The notes under the pieces are model-generated. The model was not told where the DNA came from and made no database searches. It saw only the letters and a list, made by a program, of their open reading frames with translations. A DNA stretch of 63,744 nucleotides, filler included, from Chloroflexota bacterium (GTDB lineage Bacteria > Chloroflexota > Chloroflexia > QHBQ01), in NCBI GenBank assembly GCA_043754535.1. It is 7 parts of 7 records of this genome, joined end to end, with 100 filler letters (N's around TTAATTAATTAA, not from the genome) between each part and the next. Parts side by side here need not be neighbours in the genome. Positions count along the whole stretch, not along the records: positions 36,952 to 61,065 come from JAYUUN010000071.1; positions 61,166 to 63,744 come from JAYUUN010000125.1; 5 more parts are not named here. One strand, written 5' to 3'. Below, piece by piece: positions 59,962-63,744 of the stretch. A program made the translations under genes and the position numbers. Every line of letters begins with the position of its first letter. The first letter of the stretch is position 1.

Positions 59962-61032
59962 CTACTTGAGGATCAGGGCCAACCCCTGGGCCAGCGTCGC
60001 TTCCTTCATCTCACCGTAGAAGATCAAGGCGATCTTCCCCTCCCTGTCCACAAACACGGTGGTCGGGAAGGCTGCTACGTTGTAGGTCTGCCCTATATTG
60101 CCAGGGTCGATCAGCACTGGCATATCCAGCTTCAAGTCTTTGCGGAAGCGGTCAATCGTTGCAGCGTCGGCGGTGTCGCCCGTGTTCAGGGCTAGCATCT
60201 GCAAGCCAGCCGCCCTGTACTGCTGGTAAGCGGCGTTGAGCAACGGCATCTCGCGCTTGCAGTAGGTACACCAGGTCGCCCAGAAGTTGATCAGCAGGGG
60301 CTTGCCCTTGAGGGCAGTCAGGCTAAAGGGCTGACCGTCCAGATCGCGGCCAGCAATCTCTGGGGCCAGGCGGCCTACCTTCGCCGCTGGGCCGCTGTCG
60401 TCGCGCAAGGGGTGGGGGTAGATGACGTTGGCCGCGTAAAGCTGGGTACGCCAACTGTTCAGCCGCTCCTGTCGCTCAGCAGCGTCCTTGACCCCCAGCA
60501 GCACCACTTTGGCGAGGTAGTCGTCTACCAACAACTTCACGCGCACCGTGTCCAGCAGCACAGTGCGGCTGAGGCCGTAGCGGGCGAGGGTGGCGTAGAG
60601 GCGGTCAAGATTGCCATTCGCCGCTTGCAAGCTGCTGCTCAGGTAGCTACTCACCGTTGCGGCGGCAGGGGCGGCAAAGTTGTGCTTGGCCGCTTCCTGC
60701 ACGATCAATCGCTGCTGCACCACCTCGTTGAGCAGATCGCTGGGGGCAACCGCCTGTTTGGGGTACAGCCCCTCCTCCTGCAAGGCCCGGCGCAGGCTAA
60801 TCTGCACGTCTACGTCACTCTGTAGCACCTGCTCACCGTTCACCACTGCCACCACATCATCACCCAGGCCGCCGCTAGGTCGGTAGAACAGCAGCAAGCC
60901 CAAGCCGAGCAGCAGCAAGCCGAGCAGCAGCAGACGGGCGGCCAGCTTTGGGCGGCGCGTGCCTGCCACTGGTGGCGGATTAGCCGGTGGCGCAGCCTCA
61001 ATGTTTAGTTCTTCGCTGGCGGTCTCTTGCAT
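59962..61032 (-). CDS. Membrane-anchored SurA_N-like + TlpA/ResA thioredoxin fusion
   Basis: TM; VAVVNGEQV...LLNEVVQQRLIVQEA (SurA_N); GKPLLINFWATWCTYCKREMP and FPTTVFVDREG (TlpA). Confidence 0.8.
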   Translation of the reverse strand: MQETASEELNIEAAPPANPPPVAGTRRPKLAARLLLLGLLLLGLGLLLFYRPSGGLGDDVVAVVNGEQVLQSDVDVQISLRRALQEEGLYPKQAVAPSDLLNEVVQQRLIVQEAAKHNFAAPAAATVSSYLSSSLQAANGNLDRLYATLARYGLSRTVLLDTVRVKLLVDDYLAKVVLLGVKDAAERQERLNSWRTQLYAANVIYPHPLRDDSGPAAKVGRLAPEIAGRDLDGQPFSLTALKGKPLLINFWATWCTYCKREMPLLNAAYQQYRAAGLQMLALNTGDTADAATIDRFRKDLKLDMPVLIDPGNIGQTYNVAAFPTTVFVDREGKIALIFYGEMKEATLAQGLALILK

Positions 61033-61165
61033 AATGAGGGGTGGTTAGCTCAGGCCATTGGTGGGNNNNNNNNNNNNNNNNNNNNNNNNNNNNNNNNNNN
61101 NNNNNNNNNTTAATTAATTAANNNNNNNNNNNNNNNNNNNNNNNNNNNNNNNNNNNNNNNNNNNN

Positions 61166-61411
61166 TTGCGCCCCCTCCCGCGCCAGCCGCTCGACCTTCG
61201 CTACCAGGTCGACCAGCCCACCGCGCTGGTTGCAGGCCGCACACTGCCAGCGGGTGCCAGTTAGCGTGAAGCTGAACTCCGGGCTGACACACAGGGGGCA
61301 ATGGCCCAGCCAGCCGTCTTGGACGCTGATTAGCTGGGTGTAGTAGCTGACGATCTTCGGGGCGTGTGGCGCAAGCTCCCGCTCCCGGTTGAACAAGTCC
61401 AGCAGGCTCAT
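61166..61411 (-). CDS. Primase-type zinc-finger protein (CHC2-like, C4 variant), partial
   Basis: GHCPLC...SF...WQCAAC...G.LVDLV..E.L; starts 2 nt after the ParB stop. Confidence 0.6.
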
Positions 61412-61413
61412 GG

Positions 61414-62571
61414 CTAGCCCTCAACTGGCAAGGGGTCGCTTTGTGACCCCTTTGCTTTTTGCAGCTTCGGTTTCAGCTTCGCTTCCTGCCTCAGCAACCA
61501 AGTTGCTAGCTCGTGCAACATCTGCCCGGCGGCTACGGCCTCGTCGCTACCTTCCAGCAAGCGCACACTCTGCCGCACGCTGCGCCGCAGTTCGGTTAGC
61601 TGCTGCTCAAGCTGCGCTCTGGCAGTGGCCGGGCTACCCTCGGCCACCGGCGCGGCGACTGACGGTTCTGCATCGTGAGCAACAAGGCGCGGCAAATTGG
61701 TCGCTTGCGACTTTACTGGCAGTGACATGGCAGTAGTCAAGCCACGTAGCTGATCGGCGACCGCCTGCACGCTCAAACCCCGACTGCTGACCCGCTCGGC
61801 CTCGGCCTGGGCCAGCAACTCGCTGATCGTGCTACCCATCGGGGCTTCATGCAGGATACGGGCAACAATCTGCACCACCTTGCTGTGGTAGCCGTCACCC
61901 GTACTGGCCGCTTGTAGCAACTCAAGCTGGCAGTCAGCAGGGGCTTCGCTGATCGCGTGCAGTGCGTCCAGAGCCAGCGGGCTACTCAACATTGCCTGCT
62001 GCAACGTAGTAGGCAGCCGCGTCAGGCGCAGCAGCTTCTTGCGCTGCGTCTCGCTGATGCCAACCAACTGCTCCACTCGCGGCCAGCTACGCGGCTTGAT
62101 CCCCCGCAGACCATCGGCTCGTGCTTCAGCCGCCAGCATCTCGTAGTCAGCCTCGGTGATGTCGGTGCGGGTGGGTAGCGGACAGGCCAGCAGGCGACAT
62201 AGCTCCTCATAATCGAACAACAGCTTCTGCTGCTGGTAAGCCAGTGCCTTCTCCATGTTGGTCAGGTTACGTCTACGTTCGTTCTCATTGATCTGCGACA
62301 ACCACACCTGTGCGGCGGTGAGATGCCCGGCGGGGCAGATCAGGGCGGGCAGTTCAAGCTCGCCAAGCTGCCGGGCTGCCGCCAGTCGCCTAGCCCCATG
62401 CAGGAGCGTGTAGCGGCCATTGGGTTGCTGCTCAACCAGCAGGCTGCTGAGGAAGCCGGATTGCATCATGCTGTCGATCAGATCATCCAGCGGGCCGAGT
62501 AGCTGACGCGGCTGGATAGTCGGGGAATCGATCAGGCTGGTGGCAACTTGGGCCAGGTACACGTCGGACAT
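61414..62571 (-). CDS. ParB/RepB/Spo0J family protein
   Basis: QPR, L.DS...G.L..L.V, GARR (GxRR CTP motif), ENERRRNLT..E.A, HTH-like VEQLVGISETQ..KLLRL; ATG 62571 after AAGGA. Confidence 0.85.
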   Translation of the reverse strand: MSDVYLAQVATSLIDSPTIQPRQLLGPLDDLIDSMMQSGFLSSLLVEQQPNGRYTLLHGARRLAAARQLGELELPALICPAGHLTAAQVWLSQINENERRRNLTNMEKALAYQQQKLLFDYEELCRLLACPLPTRTDITEADYEMLAAEARADGLRGIKPRSWPRVEQLVGISETQRKKLLRLTRLPTTLQQAMLSSPLALDALHAISEAPADCQLELLQAASTGDGYHSKVVQIVARILHEAPMGSTISELLAQAEAERVSSRGLSVQAVADQLRGLTTAMSLPVKSQATNLPRLVAHDAEPSVAAPVAEGSPATARAQLEQQLTELRRSVRQSVRLLEGSDEAVAAGQMLHELATWLLRQEAKLKPKLQKAKGSQSDPLPVEG

Positions 62572-62801
62572 GGTAATTGATCCTTGTAGCAAGGTAGTTG
62601 TGGGGGAGGTTGTGTAGACCAGGCAGGTAGATAGGGGCCGAAGCGCACCTAAACCGACCTGGTTGACGAGCAGCACGAAGACCACCCATCGTCTTTGGCC
62701 GCTGTCCACCAGCACTAAGACGAGTGGACTTGAGCCGCAGGTGCTGCGTTACTAATCCAGCAACGCGCAGCCTGTTTACTACGAGGCTGGGTCAGGTTCG
62801 G

Positions 62802-62970
62802 TCAGTGCCATGCACCACCTTGCTGAACCAGGTTGGTCGGCCAAGGATCAGTGCCATGCACCGCCTCAGCTAACCAGAAGGCGCGGCTGGTGAACGTAAC
62901 CGGCGACTCACCATGGAGCAGCCCGCCCATTGCCATACCGCAACCCGGCTGCGCCCGCCCCTGCCATGCA
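62802..62970. repeat. Short direct repeats TCAGTGCCATGCACC / TGCCATGCA
   Basis: Identical 15-mers at 62802 and 62848; core TGCCAT also at 62931 and 62962. Confidence 0.6.
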
Positions 62971-63272
62971 GGTAACGTTTGCGTCCGGGTAGCTAAACTG
63001 CCGTAGCACGTCCAACCACTATTATGTTAACACAAGTGGGCGGTGGCGGTCAACCACTTGGTGGATGAGAGAAGGATTAGAGTTGGCGGTGACTATCCGC
63101 GCCGCTCACCCGCTGTCGCAGGCTTAACCTCAACTTAAGCCAGCAACCGCCCCAGCACGGGTCAGGTTGAGGTCAGTTCAAGGCAGGGAGCGCATTGTGA
63201 CCCCTACCGGTTGGCTGCTAGACGACAAGGCAGACCCGCCCGGTAGGATGAGCATGGCCCGCTCCCACCTGA

Positions 63273-63723
63273 TAGTCCAAGTTGGACTACTCGCGTCAGC
63301 TACTACCCCCCAGCGTGCTACTTGAGTGGTCTGTTGTGGGGTAAGAAATCCTCACCCCCTCCTGCGGTCAGCTTTGACCAGACAAGGCGTTCCGTATCTT
63401 GAGACTGGGCCAGTTGCTTGCGCTGGTGGACCGCCGACTGTGTAGGTCAAGCCAGGTAACGAATAGAAGGTTGGGTGGAATGGGTGGCGGTGCGAAGGTT
63501 CACCCCTGCCGTTACTAGCGAGGTACGTAGACAGCCCAAGTTGGGCTGTCTACGACGTAGCGCAGTAGGTTGACAGTTGAGCAACCCTTGTCCCTGCCGC
63601 TACTACCGGGGTGAGTGAGTAGTCCAAGTTGGACTATCCACGACGTAGCACAGTAGGTTGGTGATTGGTCAATCCTCGTCCGGTCGCTACTACAGAAGTA
63701 CGTGGATAGTCCGACTTGGACCA
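63273..63723. repeat. Palindrome family TAGTCCAA-G-TTGGACTA; three copies in an 87-88 bp tandem array
   Basis: Centres at 63281, 63540, 63628 and 63715; flanks also repeat (GCTACTAC, ACGACGTAGCRCAGTAGGTTG). Confidence 0.85.
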
Positions 63724-63744
63724 TCAGCGGCTTGCTCCTCATGG

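Noticed and set aside
68..60886. Many long alternative-frame and antisense ORFs (e.g. 68-826, 2602-3525, 45273-46163, 50720-51772, 54471-55466)
   Set aside because: These are shadow ORFs of well-supported genes in GC-rich DNA, with no recognisable motifs.
12372..61165. Repeated TTAATTAATTAA motif and ORFs ending in X..LIN
   Set aside because: These are artificial contig linkers; cross-linker gene adjacency has no biological meaning.
63515..63742. 75-aa ORF with repeated VQ(V/L)GL
   Set aside because: The peptide repeat is just the translation of the DNA palindrome; the 88-bp unit breaks frame, arguing against coding.
63273..63744. Palindromic repeats as a CRISPR array
   Set aside because: The sequences between palindromes are homologous to each other rather than unique spacers, the period (87-88 bp) is long, the repeats vary, and no cas genes are visible.

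Overview
This is not one contiguous locus. It is seven contigs (1-12371, 12472-16519, 16620-20659, 20760-24729, 24830-36851, 36952-61065, 61166-63744) joined by 100-nt N/TTAATTAATTAA linkers, so adjacency across linkers means nothing. The source is a GC-rich bacterium (about 60% GC by eye), most likely Chloroflexota. That assignment is an inference from the SLH-anchored secreted proteins, the ETGH..FLxYW..GGL..GYPIS repeat protein and an LPXTG protein. Contigs 1, 4 and 6 are mostly housekeeping: a KimA-like APC transporter, miaB, a PIG-L deacetylase, an ECF sigma/anti-sigma pair, azlCD, ruvB-queA, a GT2, an ABC-2 exporter, a class A PBP, rsmA, a CaiB CoA-transferase, a Xer-like recombinase overlapping a 9-PAS histidine kinase, fbaB and a SurA_N-TlpA fusion. 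Contigs 2, 3 and 5 are accessory and decaying: a type IIG-like R-M fragment, two IS3 left-end relics, several amber-broken pseudogenes, an LPXTG-anchored DUF3494 ice-binding protein and a three-USP cluster with a shared GGTGAA/TTCACC operator architecture. Contig 7 looks like part of a plasmid or other mobile replicon: a ParB-like gene and a primase-type zinc-finger gene next to about 1.1 kb of non-coding DNA carrying a non-canonical palindrome (TAGTCCAA-G-TTGGACTA) in an 87-88 bp tandem array. That locus is the best candidate for an undescribed system. Across the window GCTAGC is unusually frequent. No rRNA, tRNA, CRISPR array or reverse transcriptase was recognised. All assignments come from reading motifs by eye, without database searches.
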